From an uncultured Eisenbergiella sp. (GTDB lineage Bacteria > Bacillota > Clostridia > Lachnospirales > Lachnospiraceae): a stretch of 64,000 bases of DNA. The notes beneath the pieces are model-generated. The model searched no databases. It saw nothing but the letters and a program-made list of their open reading frames with translations, and was not told where the DNA came from. Below, in pieces: positions 46,844-55,646 of this stretch. Where the stretch lies: NCBI GenBank assembly GCA_963559585.1, contig CAUWLJ010000004.1, positions 2,954-66,953 of the forward strand, in the 5' to 3' direction. Position numbers and translations under genes: made by a program. Positions within the stretch are counted from its first letter, which is position 1. The number at the start of each line of letters is the position of its first letter.

Positions 46844-48029
46844 GGATCAGCTCCTCCCTTCTCACAAGCCTTCCTACTACCCTCTCCCCCTCCATCCTCT
46901 CCTCCTGAAAGGAAAACAGGGGGGAAAGACGAATCTGCCCATCCTCAAAATCCGCCACCTCCACAATCTCCATCACCCTCCTGCTCTTATCCCGCAGCCG
47001 GCTCAAATGAACGATAATATCAATTCCGGAAGCGATTTGTCTGCGTATGGCGGACAGTGGAATCTCCACCCCCATCAGCATCATGGTTTCCAGACGGGTC
47101 AGCATGTCCCCGGCGCTGTTGGCATGCCCCGTTGACATGGAGCCGTCGTGCCCGCAGTTCAATGCGCTCCCCACCAGATCCACCGCCTCTGCGCCCCGCA
47201 CCTCACCCACAATGATACGGTCAGGCCGCATTCGCAGAGCCGTCCTGATCAGATCGCGGATGGCGATAGGCTTACAGCCCTCCACGTTGGCATTTCTGGT
47301 TTCCAGACGCACCAGATTGGGAATCCCACGTATCTGGAGCTCTGCCGAATCCTCTATGGTAATCAGCCTCTCATCGGAGGGGATGAAAGCGGAAAGGGCA
47401 TTCAGAAAGGTGGTTTTGCCGCTGCCCGTTCCTCCGCTGATGAAAATGTTGTAACGGGCCTTTACCAGCCTTTCCAGAAAATCACAGGCTTCCTGAGTGA
47501 TGGAGCCATATTCCAGCAGCTCCCCGATTCCGATGGGCTTATCCGGAAATCTGCGGATCGTCACCACCGGGCCGTTCAGGGCCACCGGGCTGAGAACCAC
47601 ATTTACTCTGGAGCCGTCCGCCAGACGGGCGTCCACGATGGGAGAAGTCTCATTCACCACCCGATTGCAGCCCGCCACCATTTGCTGGATCACGTCCTGC
47701 AGCTTCTCCTGGGATTCAAAGCCTCCCGGCCAGGCATACAGCCTGCCCGCCCGCTCCACAAAAATCCCCTCCATGCCGTTTATCATAATCTCCGTCACCT
47801 GGCTGTCCTCAATCAGCTCCTGCAGCACATCCAGCCCTCTCAGGGCATAGAACAGCTCCTTTCCCATCCGGCTTCGCTCATTCAGGGTCAGCCGTCCCAG
47901 AAGCTCCCTGGCCCGCAGCTTTCCGGCGATGATCTCCTTAAGCTCCCCGTCCTCCACCTCTCTGGTAAAATCCATCTGAGCCAGGAGCTGCTTCTTCATC
48001 TTCTCCTTCATCTCAAGATACGTTTCCAC
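46803..48029 (-). CDS. cpaF: TadA/CpaF assembly ATPase
   Basis: SGGTGSGKTT, IEDSAEL, RPDRIIVGEVRG, GHDGSMSTGHANS. Confidence 0.95.
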   Translation of the reverse strand: METYLEMKEKMKKQLLAQMDFTREVEDGELKEIIAGKLRARELLGRLTLNERSRMGKELFYALRGLDVLQELIEDSQVTEIMINGMEGIFVERAGRLYAWPGGFESQEKLQDVIQQMVAGCNRVVNETSPIVDARLADGSRVNVVLSPVALNGPVVTIRRFPDKPIGIGELLEYGSITQEACDFLERLVKARYNIFISGGTGSGKTTFLNALSAFIPSDERLITIEDSAELQIRGIPNLVRLETRNANVEGCKPIAIRDLIRTALRMRPDRIIVGEVRGAEAVDLVGSALNCGHDGSMSTGHANSAGDMLTRLETMMLMGVEIPLSAIRRQIASGIDIIVHLSRLRDKSRRVMEIVEVADFEDGQIRLSPLFSFQEERMEGERVVGRLVRREELIHVGKLKMAGLDAT

Positions 48030-49029
48030 CCAGATCCTCCTCTATCAGCTTCTGCACCAGCCCGGCCAGCTCCCCGTGGGTCAGCTGATCCAGCCCGGGC
48101 GGAAGCTGGCGGAACAGGGGAAGCCTGCATTTTCTGGTCTTTTCCAGAACCGCGTCATAGCTCAGGCACCCCAGCAGCTCCTCATACTGCTCCTGCTTGG
48201 CCGCTGCGAAGCTGTCCTCCCTCACGATGGTGTACACTCGCCTGCAGCTTTTCAGAATATCAAACAGGCCCTGCACCGCCTCGGACAGATCCAGGAGCAC
48301 ATACTCATAGCTTCCCGCCTTCTCCAGCTCCGAAAGCAGCTCCAGCCATTCCTCCCTTTTCACCTGCAGCAGATCCAGACTGGAATAGACCGGCGGAATA
48401 ATGTCCAGTCCGTTCACCTTCTGAGCCATCCCCTCCAGGCGATAGGGAAATCTTCCGTCCTGATTGTGCAGCAGATAGATCAAATCCGACAGATCCGTCT
48501 GAAAATCCCTCTGCAGCATTCTGCCCAGACCGGAGCAGCATTCAAAATTCAGATATAATACCTTGTGTCTGCGGGCCAGAAGCTGGCCCATTGTGAAAGA
48601 AAATGTGGTTTGAAGACACCGGCCAACCGGTGAATAGATGCCGATCAGATTCATCCTGCCCTGTCCGTCCCCGCAGGCGATTGGAGGAAGAAGCCCTGTA
48701 TCTGCCGCCTCCAGAACCCTTCTCATGATCCCTTCGATGGACTGATACTTGCCGATCCGGCCGCTTCCCGGCGGCCCCTCCCCGTCCTCCGTCAGAATCA
48801 TAACCTGCTCCGCCTCCCACGGCTTCCCCTGCTCATACATGCTCTGGGAAATGAGAAGAAGCTGTACCCTGTTCTCCCCGCAGTACCGCTTCAGCGCCTC
48901 CCCATCCGAGAAGGCGGCTATCTCAAAGGGAAAGGATACCCCCTTGTCTCCGCTGCGGTTCATATAGTCCAGAAAATGACTGGCATACTCCGGCTCAGAA
49001 TCACAGACCGCCAATATACTTTTTTTCAC
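48013..49029 (-). CDS. TadZ/CpaE-like receiver + ParA/MinD-type protein, degenerate Walker A
   Basis: GTG 49029 after AGGAGG; receiver-like N-terminus; IGIYSPVGRCLQTT lacks the P-loop Lys. Confidence 0.75.
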   Translation of the reverse strand: MKKSILAVCDSEPEYASHFLDYMNRSGDKGVSFPFEIAAFSDGEALKRYCGENRVQLLLISQSMYEQGKPWEAEQVMILTEDGEGPPGSGRIGKYQSIEGIMRRVLEAADTGLLPPIACGDGQGRMNLIGIYSPVGRCLQTTFSFTMGQLLARRHKVLYLNFECCSGLGRMLQRDFQTDLSDLIYLLHNQDGRFPYRLEGMAQKVNGLDIIPPVYSSLDLLQVKREEWLELLSELEKAGSYEYVLLDLSEAVQGLFDILKSCRRVYTIVREDSFAAAKQEQYEELLGCLSYDAVLEKTRKCRLPLFRQLPPGLDQLTHGELAGLVQKLIEEDLGGNVS

Positions 49030-49321
49030 AAAATACCGCCTCCTTCTGTCATAATAAAAAGGGAAATCAAAAATACGCCTCTGCCGGCAGCCGGATAGCA
49101 AGCCCGGAGCACCGGAGTGCAGCGGATTATCTGACCCTCGCGGCGGCCGCCAAATATCCATACAGGCACGGATTCCCGGCTCGCTACCCGTGAAAATAAG
49201 GAAATGGAACCAAAATGAAAGAAAATAATGTCACACATTCAGATAAATTCAGATCACTAACAGATCGCCGATTCCGGCGTTAGGAGCTGCGGCCCTTATG
49301 ACCGCCCGTCTGATGAAACGA

Positions 49322-49350
49322 AGTATAGAACATCCCTCCCGGTTTGTCCA
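49322..49350 (-). promoter_or_regulatory. Putative SigA promoter of the Tad operon
   Basis: TGGACA(49350-45)-17-TATACT(49327-22), just downstream of the bofA terminator. Confidence 0.6.
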
Positions 49351-49410
49351 GATCATTTTCAAAAAAAATTCGTTTTTGTTAATACCTCACAAGCGGTGGA
49401 GGGCCCGTAG

Positions 49411-49457
49411 AAAAAAAGACGGGGAAAACCCTGATAAACACAGGATTTTCCCCCGTC
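49411..49457 (-). terminator. Rho-independent terminator of bofA
   Basis: GACGGGGGAAAA..TTTTCCCCGTC stem followed by T7 on the minus strand. Confidence 0.75.
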
Positions 49458-49467
49458 AAAAGCCGCC

Positions 49468-49746
49468 TCAGGCAAGCCAGATCCTACATATACTTATTCC
49501 GTACAGAAGCGCCACCCCCGGAAGTCCCAGAATGCCGGAAACCAGCACGCTCACCGCCCCGATCCCCACGCCCCAGGCAAGCCCCTGAGAAGCCAGAAAG
49601 GCGTTGATAAAATAGATTGCAGCCGTCCCCAGCCCTCCCCGCACCAGAAAGCCCAGCAGCAGCTCCGTCCTCCGGCGCAGCGCCGAGATCAGAAGCACCA
49701 GTCCGCAGGCTGCCCCTATCATGATCACTCCGCTGATTTCTTCCAT
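49468..49746 (-). CDS. bofA: Pro-sigmaK processing inhibitor BofA family
   Basis: Small TM protein, GTAAIYFIN..VGIGAVSVLVSGILGLPGVALL; ATG 49746 after GGAGG. Confidence 0.85.
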   Translation of the reverse strand: MEEISGVIMIGAACGLVLLISALRRRTELLLGFLVRGGLGTAAIYFINAFLASQGLAWGVGIGAVSVLVSGILGLPGVALLYGISICRIWLA

Positions 49747-49859
49747 TCCTGCCTCCCTTTTCCCCATCAGACTCTGCGCCAAAGGATCGCTCCCCCGGGC
49801 CCGCTTCCCGGACAGCACTCCATACAGAGAAGCAGTGCTCACGCCCGGTATTGTTCTAT

Positions 49860-49921
49860 ATTCTATGAGTGAAAAGGACGGAATATCACATGAATAAACC
49901 TTCTGTGCCCCGGATATACTG
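49860..49921. promoter_or_regulatory. Divergent SigE-like (bofA) and SigF/SigG-like (yaaL) promoters
   Basis: Minus: TGATATT(49888-82)-14-CATAGAAT(49867-60); plus: GAATA(49892-96)-15-GGATATACTG(49912-21). Confidence 0.65.
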
Positions 49922-49966
49922 TTACCAGAATAGTTCCTGCCAAAATCAGGCAAAGGAGGATGATTC

Positions 49967-50260
49967 ATGAAATTTCATTTCAGCATGAACCGGGTTGAAA
50001 ATAAGGACAAACCCCTCACCTATCAGGAAAGCCTGATGCTTGATCTGCAGAAGACCAGATGGGAACTGGAAAATGCCTATGCCGGCTTCGATTATGTAAC
50101 CGACCCGGATCTCATCGACTGCTATATATACGAACAGAATGCCGTTATGAAAAGATACCGTCACCTGCTGCAGCTGGTGGCCGGACTGACGCCGTCCGAT
50201 GCCTCCGTGCAGGAGGAGGAGGCTGCAGCAAAGGAACAGCGGGCGGCGTACACGCTCTAA
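49967..50260 (+). CDS. yaaL: YaaL/DUF2508 family protein
   Basis: ELENAYAGFDYVTDPDLIDCYIYEQNA..RYRHLL. Confidence 0.85.
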   Translation: MKFHFSMNRVENKDKPLTYQESLMLDLQKTRWELENAYAGFDYVTDPDLIDCYIYEQNAVMKRYRHLLQLVAGLTPSDASVQEEEAAAKEQRAAYTL

Positions 50261-51723
50261 AGGATACCCAGTCTCTCATACTGTTCCCGGGGCGCCTCAT
50301 TCTCCCGCATCATTTCCCTCATCCGCTGTGTGAGCCGCTCCGTCACTCCCTCATCCTGTATGGCCTGCTTCTGCTCCGGATCCTTTTCCAGATCAAACAG
50401 CAGATCCCCGTACTGATAAGCCTGGGCAGCCCCTCCCGCAGGAATCTTCATCACCCTGCTGCCCTTCATGTGGGGAAACCCCTCCGCCAGCTCTATCCTC
50501 CTAAGCTCAGACGGATAAAAGGGATCCCGCATATGACAGGGCATCAATGTATATTCATACAGCGGCCCGTTTTCCGGCCTGGCCGGAGCTTTCATATATA
50601 CGTATCTTCCATCCGTGATGTTCACATGCCCGCCAAAGATCCCAAACAAAGCGCCATCCCTGACCGGAGTGTCCTCACGGATCACAGGCGTCAGGCTCCG
50701 CCCATCCATATATTCCGGCGGCTCCACGCCAAAAAACTCCGCCAGAGTAGGCACAATGTCCACCGTCTGAGCCAGCGCATTCCTTCTCTGATTCCGGCCC
50801 TCCGGGAATCTGGGGTCATAGATAAAAAAGGGAATATGAGAGATTTCCTCATACAAAGGCTGTACATTTTTCCCCATCCACTCCTTTTCCCCCAGCATAA
50901 AACCATGATCCGTGTTTACGATCAGCATGGTATCCTTCCACAGGTCAAGCTCATCCATCACGTCCAGAAGACTGCCCAGATAATGGTCACACATACTGAG
51001 CAGAGCAGCATATTCATAGCGGATATGCCGGGTTACTTCTTCCCCGTATCTGTTTTTGCCGTAATCCGGCCAATCCATATTCTTTCCATGATAATCGTCC
51101 GGATACAGAGCCTTATAGGCCTGCTGCGTGTAAAAAGGCTCATGGGGATCAAATGCCTCTAGCTGCAAAAACCACCCGTCCTCCCCTGCATTTCTCCGAA
51201 GAAAATCGATGCCGCAGTCAAAGGTTTTCTTCTGCGGCATCTCCTCCTCCGACACAAGAAAGCTTCGATTAATCCAGTCATGTCTCCAGTTCTGGGTTTC
51301 TGTTCTTCCTGAAAGAGTGTCCGGTACCTTTGGCCATGCCACCTGTCCCATCCAGGCATCCCCCTGCTGCCCGCGGATCATCTCACAGCTGTCAAATTTG
51401 CTCAGATAGCAGCTTCCCCCGTCCTCCCAATAATGAAAATGGTCTGTGGCAATGTGGGTATAGATACCTGCCTTTTTCATTCTGGTAATCAGGGAATCGT
51501 CATAGGGCTGCATGGGCGACCAGGAGGTATGCAGAAAACCATACCTTCCGGTCTGAAGCTCACGTCTGGCAGGCATGCAGGGCAGGCTTCCTGCGTAAAA
51601 ACGGTCAAACGTCAGCGTTCTCTCTGCCAGTCGCATGAAATTGGGCATTACTGTCCAGTCACACCCATAATTGGGCAAAAAGTGCCGGTTCAAAGAATCG
51701 AACATCATCATGATCGCTTTCAT
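50257..51723 (-). CDS. Cys-type sulfatase
   Basis: MMFDSL, CMPARRELQTGR (CxPxR), FDPHEP, NTDHGF. Confidence 0.9.
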   Translation of the reverse strand: MKAIMMMFDSLNRHFLPNYGCDWTVMPNFMRLAERTLTFDRFYAGSLPCMPARRELQTGRYGFLHTSWSPMQPYDDSLITRMKKAGIYTHIATDHFHYWEDGGSCYLSKFDSCEMIRGQQGDAWMGQVAWPKVPDTLSGRTETQNWRHDWINRSFLVSEEEMPQKKTFDCGIDFLRRNAGEDGWFLQLEAFDPHEPFYTQQAYKALYPDDYHGKNMDWPDYGKNRYGEEVTRHIRYEYAALLSMCDHYLGSLLDVMDELDLWKDTMLIVNTDHGFMLGEKEWMGKNVQPLYEEISHIPFFIYDPRFPEGRNQRRNALAQTVDIVPTLAEFFGVEPPEYMDGRSLTPVIREDTPVRDGALFGIFGGHVNITDGRYVYMKAPARPENGPLYEYTLMPCHMRDPFYPSELRRIELAEGFPHMKGSRVMKIPAGGAAQAYQYGDLLFDLEKDPEQKQAIQDEGVTERLTQRMREMMRENEAPREQYERLGIL

Positions 51724-51774
51724 CTTCCATCCTCCTGGTCCGTGTTTGTCCGGCTGGCCGGCCGTTCCTCCGCA

Positions 51775-52668
51775 TCAGCCCTTCACAGAACCGATCATAA
51801 CGCCCTTCACGAAATGCTTCTGCACAAACGGATACATAACCAGAACCGGCAGGGAAGATACGATGATCACACCATATTTGATGGTTCTTGCAATCTGCTT
51901 CATCAGCTCCAGAGATTCCGGATCGGCTGAGGAGGGATCGATCATCTGCCCGCCGATCAGAATGTCTCTCATGATCAGCTGCAGAGGATAAAGCTTTGCA
52001 TCGTTTACATAAATCAGGCCGTTGAAGAAGGAGTTCCAGTGTCCTACCGCATAGTACAGCACCATAATCGCAATGATGGACTTGGACAGCGGAATCACTA
52101 CCTTTGCAAAATACTGAAACATGCCGCAGCCATCGATCTCAGCCGCTTCCTGCAGCTCGATGGGCATGGAATTGAGGAAATAAGTACGGCAGAGGATCAG
52201 ATTGAATACGGAAAAGGATCCCAGGATCATCAGCACATAAGGAGTGTCCACCAGGTGAAGTCCCTTAACGATCAGGTATGTGGGAATCAGGCCGCCGGAA
52301 AAATACTTGGTCACGATCAGCATTTTCATCACAAAGCCCCTTCCCACCATATCCTGTCTGGACAGGGCATATCCTGCGGGAATCGTGATAAACAATGCAA
52401 TCAGCGTGCCGAAAAAGGTGTACATAATCGTGTTGCGGTATCCCGTCCAGATTCTGGGATCCCTGAAAATGTATTTGTATCCCTCCATCGTGATCCCCTT
52501 GGGAACAAACAGCACCTGCCCGGATGCTACCAGGTTGGGATCACTGAACGAAGCGATCACCACAAAGTACAGGGGATAGAGGATGATCAGCGCAATAAGT
52601 GCCGTAAATGCGTATACTACAAAGGTAAAAACCGCATCCGATTTATTATTTTTTATCTTGGCTAACAT
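51775..52668 (-). CDS. Carbohydrate ABC permease (MalG-like)
   Basis: FSGGLIPTY, ELQEAAEIDG, YYAVGHWN. Confidence 0.92.
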   Translation of the reverse strand: MLAKIKNNKSDAVFTFVVYAFTALIALIILYPLYFVVIASFSDPNLVASGQVLFVPKGITMEGYKYIFRDPRIWTGYRNTIMYTFFGTLIALFITIPAGYALSRQDMVGRGFVMKMLIVTKYFSGGLIPTYLIVKGLHLVDTPYVLMILGSFSVFNLILCRTYFLNSMPIELQEAAEIDGCGMFQYFAKVVIPLSKSIIAIMVLYYAVGHWNSFFNGLIYVNDAKLYPLQLIMRDILIGGQMIDPSSADPESLELMKQIARTIKYGVIIVSSLPVLVMYPFVQKHFVKGVMIGSVKG

Positions 52669-52681
52669 TTCTTCCTCTCCT

Positions 52682-53626
52682 TTACCACAGACTTACATCC
52701 GACACACTGCGGGCGATCTTGTTCACGGCCAGCAGAAGGATCAGGTTAATGATGTTGTTGAACAGACCGATAGCCGACGAATAGCTGAACTGCCCGTTCT
52801 GAATACCGATCTTATACACGTAGGTGGAAATGATCTCCGAGTATTCCAGATTGATGCTGTTCTGCAGAAGGAATACCTTTTCAAAACCGATTTCCATGAT
52901 CTCTCCGGCTCTCATGATCAGCATGATAACCATAGTGGGCACGATGGCCGGAATATCCACATACAGCATGCGCTGGAATTTGGTGGCGCCATCTACCCGG
53001 GCAGCCTCATGCAGCTCCGGCCCGACGGAGGTGAGCATGGAGATATACAGAATGGAGCCCCATCCAATATTCTGAAGCACCCCTGACCACACGTAGATAT
53101 GGCGGAAATTCTCCGGATTCGACAGGAACGAAACCGGCTCGATTCCAAGAAGGATCAGAAACTGATTGACGATTCCATCGCTGGCCAGGAAAATCAGAAT
53201 CATACCGCAGTACACAACAGTGGAAATAAAATGGGGAGCATAGGTAATCATCTGCGCAGCCTTCTTGAACTTCGTATGAGTCACATAGTTCAGAAAAAGG
53301 GCAAATATAATCGGCATGGGAAATCCTGCTATCAGGGAATAGAGGCTTAGGCTTATCGTATTCCAGAGCAGATCCTTGAACTGATAGGATTCAAAAAAGG
53401 TGATAAAATGCTTGAAGCCCACCCAGGGACTTCCCCATATGCCGTCCATCACACTGTAATCCTTAAAGGCAAGCTGGATTCCGTACATGGGAAGATAATT
53501 GAAAATGATAATATAGATCAGCATGGGGAGAATGAACAGATAACACACCCAGCTCTTTCTCAGAAGCCGCAGAGTGCTCCTTCTGGGCTTTCTTACCCCT
53601 GCTGCTGTTTTCTTTCCTGTTGACAT
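52682..53626 (-). CDS. Carbohydrate ABC permease (MalF/LplB-like)
   Basis: YLPMYGIQLAFKDY, ELHEAARVDGA. Confidence 0.92.
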   Translation of the reverse strand: MSTGKKTAAGVRKPRRSTLRLLRKSWVCYLFILPMLIYIIIFNYLPMYGIQLAFKDYSVMDGIWGSPWVGFKHFITFFESYQFKDLLWNTISLSLYSLIAGFPMPIIFALFLNYVTHTKFKKAAQMITYAPHFISTVVYCGMILIFLASDGIVNQFLILLGIEPVSFLSNPENFRHIYVWSGVLQNIGWGSILYISMLTSVGPELHEAARVDGATKFQRMLYVDIPAIVPTMVIMLIMRAGEIMEIGFEKVFLLQNSINLEYSEIISTYVYKIGIQNGQFSYSSAIGLFNNIINLILLLAVNKIARSVSDVSLW

Positions 53627-53653
53627 AGCCTACTCCTTTATCCGGCAGAAAAC

Positions 53654-53735
53654 GTCCGGCACAGCCCCCGTTTCCGTGGGACGCCCCCCGTTTTCAGGGA
53701 ACGGGCCCCCGTTTCCGTGGAACGCTGTGCCGGAC
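53654..53735. repeat. Multibranch structured element: 12-bp terminal inverted repeat around three ~20-bp hairpin repeats
   Basis: GTCCGGCACAGC/GCTGTGCCGGAC enclosing CCCCCGTTTCCGTGGGACG, CCCCCCGTTTTCAGGGAACG, GGCCCCCGTTTCCGTGGAACG. Confidence 0.85.
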
Positions 53736-53769
53736 ATTCAGGTAAATGTTCTGTTGCGGTACGGTTCGT

Positions 53770-55419
53770 TTATTTCAGAGAATCCACAAACTCCTGGCAG
53801 AGAGCGGTATATTCATCCGTCTTTAAGCTCTTGAGCGTCTCCAGATGCTTGTTCCACTTCTCATCGTCTATTCCGTTGATGACAGAGTCTGCAATGAATT
53901 TCTGCAGATAGGTGTCTATGTCTGCGCTCAGAATCGCCCTTCTGTCAGAATTCTCCAGAGTTGCGGTTCCAACAGGGAGGCCGATCACACCGTAATCCTG
54001 CTGGTTCTGCACTGCTTCCAGCTTATAATCATGAGGATAGCCCTCCTCATATATGGTAGCCTCAGAGTACTCCTGCTTCCACAGAGCAGGCGTCTGTCCC
54101 GCAAAACTTTCTGCCGTTCTGAATTCCTGCTTGGTCTGGTAACCGCCGTTTGCCTCCAGCACTTCAGGCGTCACGTTCAGGAATTTGGGAACCTTTTCCC
54201 CGTTCTCCTCCACGATCTCATACCATACTCCTTCAGGCCCCTTGCCCCAGGAAGATGCCAGCTCCAGAGAGGAATTGATATAATCATACCAGCGAACCAG
54301 AGCCGCAGGGTTCTTACAGTTCCTGCTGATTGCAAAGCCGCCGCTTCTGGTCATATTGTTCAGTCCTACCATGGGATCTCCGTTGGGTCCTTTCAGGACA
54401 GGGATCGCCTGATAACGGCTTCCGTCTCCATTATCAGCTCCACAGGCTGACGAAGGGTTGTAGCCTGCAAATACACCGATAATATCTCCGCCGGCTCCTC
54501 TTGCGGAGTACAGATCAGCGCTTAATGTGAACGCTTCCTTGTCGATCAGTCCTTCTGCATACAGCTCATGGAACCATGCAAGGGCGTCATAATAACCCTG
54601 CTGCGCCGGGCTGAAGGTTACCTTTCCGTCCTTTGTGAACACATGATAGCCATTCTCGATCACGCCAAAGTATCCAAACATATTTTCAAGTGCATTTCCC
54701 CATCCCCATGCGTTTTCAAAGGTAAAGGGGATCTCGTCCTTCTGTCCGTTTCCATTGGGATCCTGATCCCGGAAAGCGATCAGCACTTCCTTGAACTCCT
54801 CTGTGGTAGTGGGCATTTTCAGTCCCAGCTTGTCCAGCCACTCTGTATTGATCCAATACTGGGAATCGATCACGTTCTGCAGCGCTTCGTCACCGGTGGG
54901 AAGGCAGTGAAGCTTGCCGTCCACGGAAAGAAGTCCTTCAGGATAGTCCTCTCTTGTTTCAAAATAAGCGCTGGTCACAGGCGCATACTCGGCCAGATAG
55001 TCATCCAGAGCCACAAGCTGCTCATAGTATCTGGCCATATCCACTTCCCCGATGATCGCGTCAGGCAGACCGTCTGTGCTGAACATAATATTGATCTTTT
55101 CTTTCCATCCTGACTGAGGAATCTCAATCCATTCAATATGAACGTTTGTAGCCTCCTCCGCATCGATTACGCACTGCTTCTCCGCCGCAGACTTTAAAGT
55201 ACTCTGCTGAGGCACCGCAATGGTAAAGGTCTCCTTTTCGTTTAAGATAGGAAGTCCGGTGGCATTCAGATTGCTGCTCACACTCTCCTCTGCCGCAGCT
55301 CCATCCGCGGACGCGCTCTCCTGTGTACTGTCGTTCCCTCCGCAGCCTGTCAGAACAGAGCCAAAAAGAGCTGCTGCCGTAAGGACTGCACTGATCCTTG
55401 TGAATGCTTTCCTTCTCAC
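53770..55419 (-). CDS. ABC extracellular solute-binding lipoprotein
   Basis: GTG 55419 after GGAGGG; lipobox LTGC; WINTEWLDKLGLKMPTT, DPNGNG. Confidence 0.92.
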   Translation of the reverse strand: MRRKAFTRISAVLTAAALFGSVLTGCGGNDSTQESASADGAAAEESVSSNLNATGLPILNEKETFTIAVPQQSTLKSAAEKQCVIDAEEATNVHIEWIEIPQSGWKEKINIMFSTDGLPDAIIGEVDMARYYEQLVALDDYLAEYAPVTSAYFETREDYPEGLLSVDGKLHCLPTGDEALQNVIDSQYWINTEWLDKLGLKMPTTTEEFKEVLIAFRDQDPNGNGQKDEIPFTFENAWGWGNALENMFGYFGVIENGYHVFTKDGKVTFSPAQQGYYDALAWFHELYAEGLIDKEAFTLSADLYSARGAGGDIIGVFAGYNPSSACGADNGDGSRYQAIPVLKGPNGDPMVGLNNMTRSGGFAISRNCKNPAALVRWYDYINSSLELASSWGKGPEGVWYEIVEENGEKVPKFLNVTPEVLEANGGYQTKQEFRTAESFAGQTPALWKQEYSEATIYEEGYPHDYKLEAVQNQQDYGVIGLPVGTATLENSDRRAILSADIDTYLQKFIADSVINGIDDEKWNKHLETLKSLKTDEYTALCQEFVDSLK

Positions 55420-55646
55420 AATAAATCCCTCCTGTTTGATCTTCTTTTCTTTCAACTTCCTTTTCCAGCACTGTTCTGCCTGATCCTTATGTCTGAATGG
55501 CCCGTGTTGGAAGCTGAATTAAGAATATCCTACAGGAGGGATTTTTACTATCTTTAAGTATTGAACTTCATCTTGAAATTATGCAGAAAAAGCGGTTTTA
55601 TCTCCTTTTGTTGCACTTTTTCCTTCAAATTCATCCACGCGATATG

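Noticed and set aside
49100-49320. SRP RNA, hammerhead (CTGATGA) or c-di-GMP riboswitch in the Tad leader
   Set aside because: Isolated words match but the required paired domains and spacings do not.
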